Source of the DNA: Treponemataceae bacterium | Lineage (GTDB): Bacteria; Spirochaetota; Spirochaetia; Treponematales; Rectinemataceae | Length of the DNA: 64,000 bases | Direction: 5' to 3' | Assembly (NCBI GenBank): GCA_963678065.2 | Contig: CAXXVZ010000003.1 | Location: 928,001-992,000 of the forward strand | Shown: piece by piece, positions 9,955 through 19,354 of the stretch | Numbering within the stretch: position 1 is the first letter of the stretch | Layout of the letters: each line of letters begins with the position of its first letter | Position numbers and translations under genes: made by a program | Notes under the pieces: generated by a model | What the model was told of the DNA's origin: nothing | Seen by the model: only the letters and a program-made list of their open reading frames with translations | Database searches by the model: none

Positions 9955-12474
9955 CTATTTCAGACGGACAACAGTCTTGCCGTAGCCTCCTTCCTCCGGA
10001 CGGGCGAAGTGGTAATCGGCGACAGCGGGATTCCCCCTTAAGTAATCCTGGACTCCGCGACCGAGGATGCCCTCTCCCGTGCCATGTATTATGGAAAAGA
10101 GCGAGAGGTTCTGGAGGGCTGCCGCGTCGATCTGGCGCTCGACCGAGACGAGGGCTTCCGCGAGCCGCATGCCGCGCAAGTCGAGTTCGAATACGGCAGC
10201 GACGCTTCCTCCCTCCCCGCGCGGGGCGAGCTCGACATGGTAGAGGGTTGTGACGGCTTCCCCCTCGCCGCGGAAGACAAGCTCCGACTCGGAAACCGTG
10301 AGTCGGAGTGAATCGGTTTCGACGAGCCAGAAGCCCTTTTTGGCTTTGCGCAGGATGCTGCCCGTTTTGCGGCCCGCGCCGATCCAGACCGGATCGCCGG
10401 GCGCGAAATCGCGCTTTCCCCGTCCATCCTCCGCCCCGGATCGCCATCCGCCCGGTCCTGCCCTTCCTGCATCGTCGCCGCCTGGACCTTCCGTGCCGCC
10501 CGTCCCTTCCTTCCTCCCGCCTCCGGCACTCAGCTCTTCGACGCGCCTTTTCTCCTCCACGAGGACGCTTTTCCCCTCCTCGAGCCGCTCGGCCTCGACA
10601 TCCACGGCCACGGCCAGTTCTGAGAGGAATTCCTTGACCGCCTTGGTTTTTTCCGAGTTGAGGCTGCCTTCGCGCACCTCGCGGACGAGGTTTTCGAGGG
10701 TCTTCCTGCTCTCGGAGAGAAGCCTTTTAAGATCCCCGACTCCTCTCGAGCGGAGTTCGAGTTCCTGCTGCTTGTTCCGCAAAGCAGCGAGGTCGGCCTT
10801 CCGCTGGTCGGCCATGGCCTCCCTGAGACGCCTCCGCCGTTCCGTTTCCATATCTTCGAGCTTGCGGTGCTTCTCGTTCAGGCTGCGGATGAGTTCCGAG
10901 ACGTCCGTCCTCTCGTCGGAGAGATAGCGGGCCGCCCCTTCCACGATGCCGGAGGGAAGCCCGTTCTTTACGGCTATGTCGAGGGCCCTCGACTCGCCCG
11001 GCACGCCCATGAGGATGCGGTACGTCGGCGAAAGGCTCGTCCTGTCGAAATCCATGGACGCGTTGAGACAGTTCTCGCGCGAGTAGCCGTAGTTCTTGAG
11101 AATGCCGTGATGGGTGGTCAGAATGGTGAGGCAGTCCGTCCCGATGAAAAAATCGAGAAGGCTCATAGCCATCGCGCAGCCCTCTTCGGGGTCGGTCCCC
11201 GATCCAAGTTCGTCGAGGAGGACGAGACTCCGCGCCGTCGCCTCGACGACGATGCCGCCGATGACGCGCATATGGCCTGAAAAGGTGGACAGGGACTGGT
11301 CTATCGACTGTTCGTCGCCGATGTCCGCAAAGATCGAGTCAAAAACCGCGAAGCCGGTCTCGGGGCTCCCGGGCAGGCCGAGGCCGAACTGATTCATGAG
11401 GGCGAAGAGTCCTATCGTCTTGAGGGTCACGGTCTTTCCGCCGGTGTTGGGCCCCGTGATGACGAGGGTCCGGGTATCCTCCGGCAGTTCGACGTCGATG
11501 GGCACGGCCCGGACACCGAGGAAGGGGTGGCGCGCGCCCTTGAGGTGGAAGCCCGTCTCCCGCTCGCAGGCGAGGACGAGCCCGCCATTTTTGGCGTGCC
11601 TCGCCCGGGCGAAGATCCCGTCCAGGGCGGCCATGACCGAGAGCGCCACACTGAGAGCAGGCGCGTGCCGGGCCAGGTTCTCTGTCGTTTCGCGGAGCAC
11701 GCGCCTCACTTCGGCCAGATAGCGCGCCTCCTCCTCGACGAGGGCGTTGTTCTTCTCGACAAGATCGGCCGGCTCGATGAAGACCGTCTGCCCCGTGGCC
11801 GAAACCTCGTGCACGATGCCCTTGATCCTGCCCTTGAAGTTGGCCCTGAGGGCGAGCACCGTCCGCCCGTCGCGGATCGTCGGCTCTCCCGACTGCAGCA
11901 TCGACCGGATCTCCGGATCGCGAAAATAGGTGCCCGCGAGAGCGTTTATATCGCGAACTGTCCGCGCTATCCGCTCGCGCGCCTCCCTGATGCCGGGCAG
12001 GTCCTTGAGCTCTCCGTCCTTCGTCAGGATTTTGAACACGACGGCGACGGCCTCGTCCAGGGCAGGCGCCGCCGCGAGCGACGGAACGACCGGCCCCGCC
12101 TTTTCCGGAGTCCTCTCCTGGGCCGGCACGAGTCCGAGGCAGGCACGCAGGAAGGCGACAAAAGAGCCGAAGCTCTTCGCCCAGGTCCCGACAGCGTACA
12201 GTTCGTCGAGCTCCAGCGTTACGCCGGGCTTCGCGAGCATCGCGACAGACTTCTCCACAGGGGGGAAAGAGAAGGAAGGAGTGCCGAGTTCACGTAAACC
12301 GCCGAGCAGCATGCCGACAGAGCTCTTGAGGTCCCGTACCGCGACAGGGTCCGTCAGCGGAAGGTCGTCGAGAACAGCTTGACGGCCCTCATCGGAGATG
12401 CAGTAACCCGCGACAGATTCGCGGATGCGGCCGAATTCGAGAAGCGCAAGCGTATGTTCATTCGTCATCGTCAA
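9955..12474 (-). CDS. mutS2: Endonuclease MutS2 (C-terminal Smr domain)
   Basis: ITGPNTGGKT, DIGDEQSI.QSLSTFSGH, LLDELGSGTDP.EG, Smr LDLRG...IIHGTGEG...GGYGKT. Start is TTG 12474 or ATG 12468. Confidence 0.95.
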   Translation of the reverse strand: MTMTNEHTLALLEFGRIRESVAGYCISDEGRQAVLDDLPLTDPVAVRDLKSSVGMLLGGLRELGTPSFSFPPVEKSVAMLAKPGVTLELDELYAVGTWAKSFGSFVAFLRACLGLVPAQERTPEKAGPVVPSLAAAPALDEAVAVVFKILTKDGELKDLPGIREARERIARTVRDINALAGTYFRDPEIRSMLQSGEPTIRDGRTVLALRANFKGRIKGIVHEVSATGQTVFIEPADLVEKNNALVEEEARYLAEVRRVLRETTENLARHAPALSVALSVMAALDGIFARARHAKNGGLVLACERETGFHLKGARHPFLGVRAVPIDVELPEDTRTLVITGPNTGGKTVTLKTIGLFALMNQFGLGLPGSPETGFAVFDSIFADIGDEQSIDQSLSTFSGHMRVIGGIVVEATARSLVLLDELGSGTDPEEGCAMAMSLLDFFIGTDCLTILTTHHGILKNYGYSRENCLNASMDFDRTSLSPTYRILMGVPGESRALDIAVKNGLPSGIVEGAARYLSDERTDVSELIRSLNEKHRKLEDMETERRRRLREAMADQRKADLAALRNKQQELELRSRGVGDLKRLLSESRKTLENLVREVREGSLNSEKTKAVKEFLSELAVAVDVEAERLEEGKSVLVEEKRRVEELSAGGGRKEGTGGTEGPGGDDAGRAGPGGWRSGAEDGRGKRDFAPGDPVWIGAGRKTGSILRKAKKGFWLVETDSLRLTVSESELVFRGEGEAVTTLYHVELAPRGEGGSVAAVFELDLRGMRLAEALVSVERQIDAAALQNLSLFSIIHGTGEGILGRGVQDYLRGNPAVADYHFARPEEGGYGKTVVRLK

Positions 12475-13492
12475 ATATCCCTCGCATGGAAGACCTGGCC
12501 CCCGTCCCGCCGCCCGGCCGGCGCGGGCCGGATCGTCCCTTCCTTCCGGGGTCGCGGTTGCCTGATCGCTTGTATCCTGTCGCCGATTCCAGCTCGGCGC
12601 GGATTCTGAGATAGCTTTCGTACCTGTCGTAGTGGATTTCGTCCGACTCCACGGCCTGGACTATGCGGCAGCCCTCCTCGTCCTCGTGGGTACAGGAGAG
12701 GCCGAAGCCGCACAGAGGCGCCAGCTTCGCCAGCTCGGGGAAGTAGGCCACGAGACTGTCGGGCTCGATCCCGCGCAGAGCCAGTCTCCTGACTCCCGGC
12801 GTGTCGATGATCTTCGTCCCCCCGGCACCGAGAGGATAGAGCCGCGCCATGGTCGTCGTGTGCTTTCCGCGCTCGAACTTCTCGGAAACTTCGCCCGTCA
12901 TCCTCTCGATAGAAGGATCGAGGCGGTTGAGCAGGCTCGATTTGCCGACGCCCGACTGGCCGGTGAAGACTGAAATCAAGCCTTCCACGCGCCCGCGCAG
13001 CTCCTCGATGCCCTCGCCCGCGGCCGCGGAGACCAGAATCGTGTCGTAGCCGAGCTTGCGGTACTCGTCGAGCCTCTCCACGACTTCTTCCTCGACCCCG
13101 AGATCGGTCTTGTTGAGGACGATGAGGAGTGGAACGTGGGCGGCTTCGGCCAGGACGGCGACGCGGTCCACAAAGCGTGGCCGGAAAGGAGGCAGTTTCG
13201 GGGAGCTGACACAGACGACGAGGTCGATGTTGGCCGCTATGGCTTGGGCGGACCTCCCCTTCTCGTTGAACCGGCCGTAGACATTGCGCCTCGGCAGCAT
13301 CGAGAGGATCATCCCCCTGTCCGCACGGTCCGGGTCAGGCTCGAGCTCGACAAAATCTCCCGCCGCGAGCGAGTTGTAGGTGCCCGAAAGATCTTTTATC
13401 CTCTTGCCCTTGATGCCGCAGAGGCGGAGAGACCCGTCCTCGCAGTCGAGGGTGAAGAGGTTGTTCGTGCCTGAGAGGACAAGAGCTTTCAT
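12458..13492 (-). CDS. rsgA: Ribosome small subunit-dependent GTPase
   Basis: Circularly permuted GTPase NKTDL...GQSGVGKS...GKHTT...DTPG, with Zn knuckle CGFGLSCTHEDEEGC. Confidence 0.95.
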   Translation of the reverse strand: MKALVLSGTNNLFTLDCEDGSLRLCGIKGKRIKDLSGTYNSLAAGDFVELEPDPDRADRGMILSMLPRRNVYGRFNEKGRSAQAIAANIDLVVCVSSPKLPPFRPRFVDRVAVLAEAAHVPLLIVLNKTDLGVEEEVVERLDEYRKLGYDTILVSAAAGEGIEELRGRVEGLISVFTGQSGVGKSSLLNRLDPSIERMTGEVSEKFERGKHTTTMARLYPLGAGGTKIIDTPGVRRLALRGIEPDSLVAYFPELAKLAPLCGFGLSCTHEDEEGCRIVQAVESDEIHYDRYESYLRIRAELESATGYKRSGNRDPGRKGRSGPRRPGGGTGARSSMRGIFDDDE

Positions 13493-13582
13493 CCGATTGT
13501 CTACCTTATTATACACACGACAGCTGTCATATCGGCAAAATCCTTCCCGGAAGAAGCGCCTTGAACAGATCCAGGGGGCGCT

Positions 13583-14536
13583 TCAGGATCCGAGCAATTC
13601 CGGCCCGGAGAGTCCGAAACGCCGGGCCCACTCGGCGTAAGCCGCAGTATCGCCTGTTCTGCCCGAAAGGAGAAGAAGTCCGGAGGGACACACATCCGTC
13701 GCTCTGCGCCACTCCTGCGCGCGGCACTCTCCCTCCGCCTGAGTGGCGACGCGCGCCAGTCCCCGTTCGCGCAGGACCTGGACCAGCCTGTGTGCCACGC
13801 CCTCGCGGGAATCGACGGTCCTGGCTTCAGGATCGATTTCGCGCGCGAGGGCCTCGATGTCCGCGGCGACATGCAGGAAGTGCGTGCAGGCCAGGACTAT
13901 CCTGTCCGCGCCCGCTCCGACGAGGGCGGACACGTAGGGCGCGACAGCCGCCCTGCGTTCGGATACCCCGGCCGAAAGATAGTCGCGCTCGACGAATCCG
14001 ACAAGGTCCGGCGCGCCGGCGCGGAGGACGGCACATCCCGGGGCATACTTCTGGATGAGCTGGTCGAGGTAGGGATCCCTGACTGTCCTCAGTGTCGCGA
14101 GCACGGCAATCCTGTGTTTCAGGCTTGTCTCGGCGGCCGGCTTCACGGCCGGGACGGTCCCGATCACGGGCAGCCCCGGATGGGCCTGACGCACCGCGTG
14201 GAGGGCGATCTGCGAGGCGGTGTTGCAGGCGATGACGAGGGCCTTGGGGGCATGGAAACGGACGAGTCTCCCTACCCTGTCGAGGACGATCCGGCGTATC
14301 GTCCCCTCATCCTTCTCGCCGTAGGGGAAGCCCTCCGTGTCTGCGAGGTAGAGGAATGATTCCAGAGGTAAAAGTTCACGGACCCTTCTGAGGTAGGGAA
14401 GCCCACCGATGCCAGAGTCCATGAAGGCGATCGCGGCCTCGCGAGGGGCAGAACCGGATGCCTGCCCCGGATCGGCGCTCCCCTGTAGTCCGGAGCCCGA
14501 TTCCGAGCTACAGGGCGGTTCGAGAGTTTCCTCCAT
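13583..14536 (-). CDS. murI: Glutamate racemase
   Basis: DSGIGGL, FPYGEK, IACNTAS, VLACTHF. Confidence 0.95.
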   Translation of the reverse strand: MEETLEPPCSSESGSGLQGSADPGQASGSAPREAAIAFMDSGIGGLPYLRRVRELLPLESFLYLADTEGFPYGEKDEGTIRRIVLDRVGRLVRFHAPKALVIACNTASQIALHAVRQAHPGLPVIGTVPAVKPAAETSLKHRIAVLATLRTVRDPYLDQLIQKYAPGCAVLRAGAPDLVGFVERDYLSAGVSERRAAVAPYVSALVGAGADRIVLACTHFLHVAADIEALAREIDPEARTVDSREGVAHRLVQVLRERGLARVATQAEGECRAQEWRRATDVCPSGLLLLSGRTGDTAAYAEWARRFGLSGPELLGS

Positions 14537-14539
14537 GCT

Positions 14540-14836
14540 TCAGCCGCCGAAAAGGCGGTCAAATCCGCGTCGGGCATCTTCGGCCCCTGAACGGCGCGAA
14601 ACCTGTCCCGACCCATCGCTGAAAAGGATCGGATTCGTCCGGTAATGGTCGCAGTGATTCCTCCGGTCCTTGTCGACGACAGGGTCGTCTATCGTCTCCG
14701 CGCAATCCCAGCGCCGCCCCGGCGAGTAAAATACGCAATTGACGCAGGCGTGGAGATCCTTCCCGCACTCGGCGCAGACCTCGTTGAATCCTGTCGTGAC
14801 TCCCGTTTTCATGGCTTTGCCGCAATACGAACACAT
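14540..14836 (-). CDS. Small Cys-rich putative metal-binding hypothetical protein
   Basis: CSYCG, CAECG, CVNC, NHCDHY. Preceded by TTGTAA-N17-TAGAAT. Ends just upstream of murI. Confidence 0.8.
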   Translation of the reverse strand: MCSYCGKAMKTGVTTGFNEVCAECGKDLHACVNCVFYSPGRRWDCAETIDDPVVDKDRRNHCDHYRTNPILFSDGSGQVSRRSGAEDARRGFDRLFGG

Positions 14837-14985
14837 AGCCGGATTCTAGACCCCGCGCGGAGCTTTTACAATATGCTGAAGGTCCCGCGACTCACAGGCG
14901 CCCCGCCGCGGAAACGCGGGGGAAGGTTTCAGGAATGTCGCAGGAACGCTTGTCTGCGGAGCTTCCTCTCGTGTAGCTTGTATCC

Positions 14986-15585
14986 ATGTTCACGTTCTCA
15001 TCCTGTGCGGAACCCGGCTGCGGCAGGCAGGCCCTCTCCGACGCGACCCGCTGCTCCCTGCACCATCCGGCCCTCTTCGCCTACAGGGACGCGCTGGCCC
15101 TCCGGATCGCCGCAGAACGGAGCGTAAAAGACCTCTGCCTTTCGGGAACAACCTTCGAGGGCCTTGATTTTTCAGGGAAAAAATTCACCTGCTGTTCCTT
15201 CACGGGAGCCACGTTCCGGAACATGCTGTTCACGGGATCGGTGTTCCGCCTCTGCTTCTTTGACGGCGCATTCCTCGAGTCTTGCGATTTTTCCGGCATC
15301 GACGCCGAGTTCTGTTCCTTCGGCGACGCCGACATCGTCGACACGAGCTTCGAGAACTCCGAGCTGATTCACATCAATTTCGACGGAACCCGCGTGAAGG
15401 AGAGCACTTTCACGGGCTCCAACCTCTACGATTCCCGCTTCATCATGGCTGTGCTCGAGAATTCGAACTTCTCCAACTGCGACATGAAAAAAGTCTACTT
15501 CATCCCCGCGCGGATCGAGAATGTCTCCTTGAAAGCGTCCAACACCAATGAGGCCATCAGGGATATGGAGCACCTCTACCTATGA
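14986..15585 (+). CDS. Pentapeptide-repeat protein with N-terminal C-x4-C-x10-C-x2-H motif
   Basis: Regular (x-x-F-x-x) repeats such as CSFTG ATFRN MLFTG SVFRL CFFDG. Confidence 0.88.
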   Translation: MFTFSSCAEPGCGRQALSDATRCSLHHPALFAYRDALALRIAAERSVKDLCLSGTTFEGLDFSGKKFTCCSFTGATFRNMLFTGSVFRLCFFDGAFLESCDFSGIDAEFCSFGDADIVDTSFENSELIHINFDGTRVKESTFTGSNLYDSRFIMAVLENSNFSNCDMKKVYFIPARIENVSLKASNTNEAIRDMEHLYL

Positions 15586-16187
15586 AGCTCTTCCTCTATT
15601 ACTCGTTTTTCGGCTTCTCCAACACCTACTTTCTCGGAAACGACGAAACAGGCGAGTCCCTTCTCATCGACCCGGCCGAGATCACGACGACGATCATCAA
15701 CCAGATCGAGAACAAGGGCTACAACCTCAAGGCTGTCCTCATAACCCACAACCATCTCCACCACGTCAGGGGCATCAAGACTCTTCTGAAGATTTATCCG
15801 GTCGACATCTTCTCGGCCAATGCCCAGATCCTGGGGAACCCTTGCCATCCTCTCTCCGACAGCGAGATTTTCACCGCGGCCGGATTCAGGATCGAAGTCC
15901 TCTCCATGCCGGGGCACTCTCCCGATTCGATCGTCTACAAGATCGGATCGATGCTCTTCACGGGAGACGCCCTCCACGCCGGGCTCATCGGCAGAACTCT
16001 GAGTCCCTTCAATTCAGTCGCCCTCGCCGCGCGCCTTCGCAAGAAAATACTAGGCCAATCCGACGAAATGATGATTTTCCCTGGTCACGGACCGCCCTCC
16101 ACGGTCGGAACGGAGCGGAGATTCAATGTCGGCCTCGAACCCCAGTACGGAGAGCGGGTCTCGTCGCGCTACGATTTTTTCGTCTGA
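15582..16187 (+). CDS. MBL-fold metallo-hydrolase (glyoxalase II-like)
   Basis: LITHNHLHH, PGHSPD, LFTGD, FPGHGP. ATGA overlap with the upstream gene. Confidence 0.9.
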   Translation: MKLFLYYSFFGFSNTYFLGNDETGESLLIDPAEITTTIINQIENKGYNLKAVLITHNHLHHVRGIKTLLKIYPVDIFSANAQILGNPCHPLSDSEIFTAAGFRIEVLSMPGHSPDSIVYKIGSMLFTGDALHAGLIGRTLSPFNSVALAARLRKKILGQSDEMMIFPGHGPPSTVGTERRFNVGLEPQYGERVSSRYDFFV

Positions 16188-16403
16188 GTAATCCGGCCCC
16201 TCCTTCCCTGTCCTCCCGCGGCGCCTCCGTGCCCGGCATCCGGTCCCTCATGAAAAGCCGCCCTTTCGCATTTTTTCACGACAGAATCTCCGACAATTAA
16301 TAATTTATGCAAGAAGAGGCCGAGGCATCGTGCTAGAAAGGATGCGAGAAAACTCCTGGTCGCCCTTTTCACCGGCCCCGGGAGCGTCATCCAGGAGGCG
16401 ACA

Positions 16404-17777
16404 ATGCACATGAAAAAAGGACGAGAACTTGTACTCGACGCACTTTCCCACAAGGAGCTGGCCAGGGCTCCCTGGGTGCCCTACACCGGCGTCCAGATCG
16501 CGAATCTGCGCGGGTACGACGCGGAAGAGCTGCTGAAAGACAGCTCGAAGCTCGTCGAATGCCTCCTCGAGGCCCACAGACAGTACAGCCCCGACGGCAT
16601 GCCCGTCGTCTTCGACCTCCAGATCGAGGCCGAAATCCTCGGATGTCCCCTCGTCTGGTCAAAGGATACACCGCCCTCCGTCGCGGGCCACCCCCTCGAA
16701 TCCGCGGAGCGCCAGGCCATCGTCGATCTGAAGATTCCGACAGTCGCCGACGGCCGCATCCCCTTAGTCCTCGACGCCATGCGCCGGACTCGCGCGGCGC
16801 TGCCCGAGACCGCCCTCTACGGCCTCGCATGCGGCCCCTTCACCCTCGCCTCCCACCTGCGCGGAACCAACATCTTCCTCGATATGTACGACAACCCCGA
16901 GTTCGTCCAGGACCTCATCGCCTTTTCAGTCAAAGTCTTCAAGGCGATGGCGACGATGTTCATCGAGGCTGGCATGGACGTCATCGGCTCCGTGGATCCC
17001 CTCGTCTCCCAGATCGCGCCCGCGACCTTTGAAGAATTCCTCCTCGCCCCCTACACCGAGCTGTTCTCTTTCCTGCGTGAGAAGGGAGCGAAAAGTTCCT
17101 TCTTCGTCTGCGGCGACGCGACAAAGAACATCCCTCTCATGTGCGAGTCCGGCCCCGACTGCCTCTCCATCGACGAGAACATCGACATCGTCGCGGCCAA
17201 GCGCATCACTGACGCCGCCGGGATAGCCATCTCCGGCAACATGCAGCTCACCGTCACCATGCTTCTCGGCTCGCAGAAGGACAACCAGAAGGCGGCCCTC
17301 GATCTCCTTGATGCGATGGGAACCAGGGACTTCATCCTCGCCCCGGGCTGCGACATACCCTTCCATGTACCGGCGGAGAATATCATCGGCATCGGCCAGG
17401 CCGTCCATCATCCCAAAGGCACGAGAAAATTCCTCGTCGGCTACGAGAGGGCCGCCTTCGACCAGAATGTCGAGATGCCCGACTATGAGTCCTACGGCGC
17501 CGGCTCCTGCCTCGTCGAGGTCTACACCATCGACTCCGCGACCTGCGCGGCCTGCGGCTACATGAAGGCTGCGGCGGACGAAGCGGCCCACGGGTTCGGC
17601 GGCAGGGTGGAGGTCATCGAGCGGAAGATCCTCGATCCGGAGAACATCGTCCGGGTCGGCAAGCTCGGCCTCACGAACCTTCCCACCATCGTCGTGAACG
17701 GCGTGGCAAAATTCGTCTCCATCATCCCCAACCGCAACGAACTCGCCTCCTCCTTCAAGGAAGGGCTCGCTTCCTGA
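16404..17777 (+). CDS. UroD/MtaA-CmuA-family methyltransferase-like protein with C-terminal thioredoxin-like domain
   Basis: FDLQIEAEILG, GPFTLASHLRG, FILAPGCD; C-terminal CAAC...NLPTIVVNG. AGGAGG RBS. Confidence 0.85.
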   Translation: MHMKKGRELVLDALSHKELARAPWVPYTGVQIANLRGYDAEELLKDSSKLVECLLEAHRQYSPDGMPVVFDLQIEAEILGCPLVWSKDTPPSVAGHPLESAERQAIVDLKIPTVADGRIPLVLDAMRRTRAALPETALYGLACGPFTLASHLRGTNIFLDMYDNPEFVQDLIAFSVKVFKAMATMFIEAGMDVIGSVDPLVSQIAPATFEEFLLAPYTELFSFLREKGAKSSFFVCGDATKNIPLMCESGPDCLSIDENIDIVAAKRITDAAGIAISGNMQLTVTMLLGSQKDNQKAALDLLDAMGTRDFILAPGCDIPFHVPAENIIGIGQAVHHPKGTRKFLVGYERAAFDQNVEMPDYESYGAGSCLVEVYTIDSATCAACGYMKAAADEAAHGFGGRVEVIERKILDPENIVRVGKLGLTNLPTIVVNGVAKFVSIIPNRNELASSFKEGLAS

Positions 17778-17883
17778 CCGCTCAATTCCCCTCTTCCGGC
17801 GACGGTTTCCTTCTTTACCGGTCGGGAGAGCGGGGATATACTCGCCGCATCGATTTTTTTACTACTCTCCAAAAGGGGCAGGC

Positions 17884-18420
17884 ATGAAAACGAATCGCGT
17901 TGCGGCGGCATTCTTCGTCCTCTTCCTCGTTCAGGCGGTCTTCGTCCAGGCGGCGGACAACATTCTCGGGCTGTACAAGCAGATGGACGACAAGTCCGGC
18001 AAGCCCGAGACCATCGTCCTCCTCTACAGCTACCAGGGGAAGATTTTCGGCCGGATGATGGCCTCCTACGATGAGACGACGGGAGCCATCAAAGACACCA
18101 TCTATGAACAGAAGAGCAAGGCTGAAAAGCTCGAGGGCGATCCTGCGTATTGCGGAATGGATTACCTGTACAACCTCGAGGATAAAGGCAAAGAATACCG
18201 CGGGGAAATCATCGACCCGCGAGACGGCAAAGTCTACGACTGCAGAATCTGGAGGGACAGCAACAAGCTGATCGTGCGCGGACAGCTGAAGACCTTCGGC
18301 TTCCTCCTCGGGCGCAACCAGACTTGGCTCGCGGCGAGCGCAACCGACCTTCCCGCGGACTTCGTCATGCCCGATCCCGCGACCTTCGTTCCGGTGATCC
18401 CGAAAGCCAAGAAGAAATAG
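17884..18420 (+). CDS. Exported DUF2147-like protein
   Basis: Signal peptide, GLYKQMDDKSGK, GEIIDPRDGKVY, LIVRG...GRNQTW. Confidence 0.8.
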   Translation: MKTNRVAAAFFVLFLVQAVFVQAADNILGLYKQMDDKSGKPETIVLLYSYQGKIFGRMMASYDETTGAIKDTIYEQKSKAEKLEGDPAYCGMDYLYNLEDKGKEYRGEIIDPRDGKVYDCRIWRDSNKLIVRGQLKTFGFLLGRNQTWLAASATDLPADFVMPDPATFVPVIPKAKKK

Positions 18421-18438
18421 AGCCAGAACGCATCGACG

Positions 18439-18481
18439 AAAGCCTTCCGGGAAGCCAGATCGGCGTTCCGGAAGGCTTTTT
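18439..18481. terminator. Probable bidirectional intrinsic terminator between convergent genes
   Basis: AAAGCCTTCCGG...CCGGAAGGCTTT followed by a T run. Confidence 0.75.
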
Positions 18482-19353
18482 CATGGAACCGCGACGGCCT
18501 TGAATCGCCTGAGCTCCGTCACGAAGGCTTCCTGGCACTGCACGATCCTGAGTTCCCGCGATCCGGCGGCGTGCGTCGCTTCGAAAACCGAGAAAACACC
18601 TTCCGTCATAGCCTCGAAGGCGGCGAGGGCATCACGCGTCCGGAGGTAGTGCCCGAGAAAGAGCGCAGAACCGAGATCCCCCGCCCCGTTCGGGAGCTGT
18701 CCGAAGGACAGCTGTGGCGTCGTGACGCGGAAAAGTTTCCCCGCGACGGAGAGCAGCATGGAGATAGTGGAATCCTGATCCGGCATTCCCGAAGCTCCTG
18801 CCGGTTTGAAGCTGGTGATGAGGATGATGCGGGGTCCGCACCCGTGGATCACTGCGCAGGCTTTCTCCGCCTCCTTCTCCGACCCGATCGAGATGCCGGA
18901 AAGGAGCTCGGCCTCGAAGAGGTTCGGGGTGACGATGTCTGCCACGGGCAGCGCCTCGTTCTTGAGAAAGGCGGGAATGTCGGGGCGGACATACACGCCC
19001 CTTCCATAATCTCCCATGACGGGATCGCAGCAGTACAGCGCACCGGGGTTGGCCACTCTCACGTCCGCGAGGGCCTTCTTGATGGACCACCCGATGGCGG
19101 CGTTGCCGAGGTAGCCGGAGAGCACGGCCTCACATTCGCCCACCACGCCCCGCTCACGGACTCCCTGCCAGATTTCGTCGATGTGGGAGCCGGGGAAAAT
19201 CTCGCCCCGCCAGGCTCCGTAGCCGGTATGGTTCGAGAATTGGACGGTATTGATGGGCCAGACCTCGAAGCCCATCCGCTCGAGGGGGAACACCGCAGAA
19301 CGGTTCCCGACATGACCGTATACGACGTGGGATTGTATCGACAGTATGGCCAT
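18481..19353 (-). CDS. pdxY: Pyridoxal kinase
   Basis: ILSIQSHVVYGHVGN, TVQFSNHTGY, LSGYLG, CDPVMGD, TPNLFEAE, GAGD. Confidence 0.95.
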   Translation of the reverse strand: MAILSIQSHVVYGHVGNRSAVFPLERMGFEVWPINTVQFSNHTGYGAWRGEIFPGSHIDEIWQGVRERGVVGECEAVLSGYLGNAAIGWSIKKALADVRVANPGALYCCDPVMGDYGRGVYVRPDIPAFLKNEALPVADIVTPNLFEAELLSGISIGSEKEAEKACAVIHGCGPRIILITSFKPAGASGMPDQDSTISMLLSVAGKLFRVTTPQLSFGQLPNGAGDLGSALFLGHYLRTRDALAAFEAMTEGVFSVFEATHAAGSRELRIVQCQEAFVTELRRFKAVAVP

Positions 19354-19354
19354 T

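Noticed and set aside
10420..10530. G-rich low-complexity stretch in mutS2 as another skewed repeat block
   Set aside because: It is a short, single-copy Gly-rich linker between the coiled coil and the C-terminal domains.
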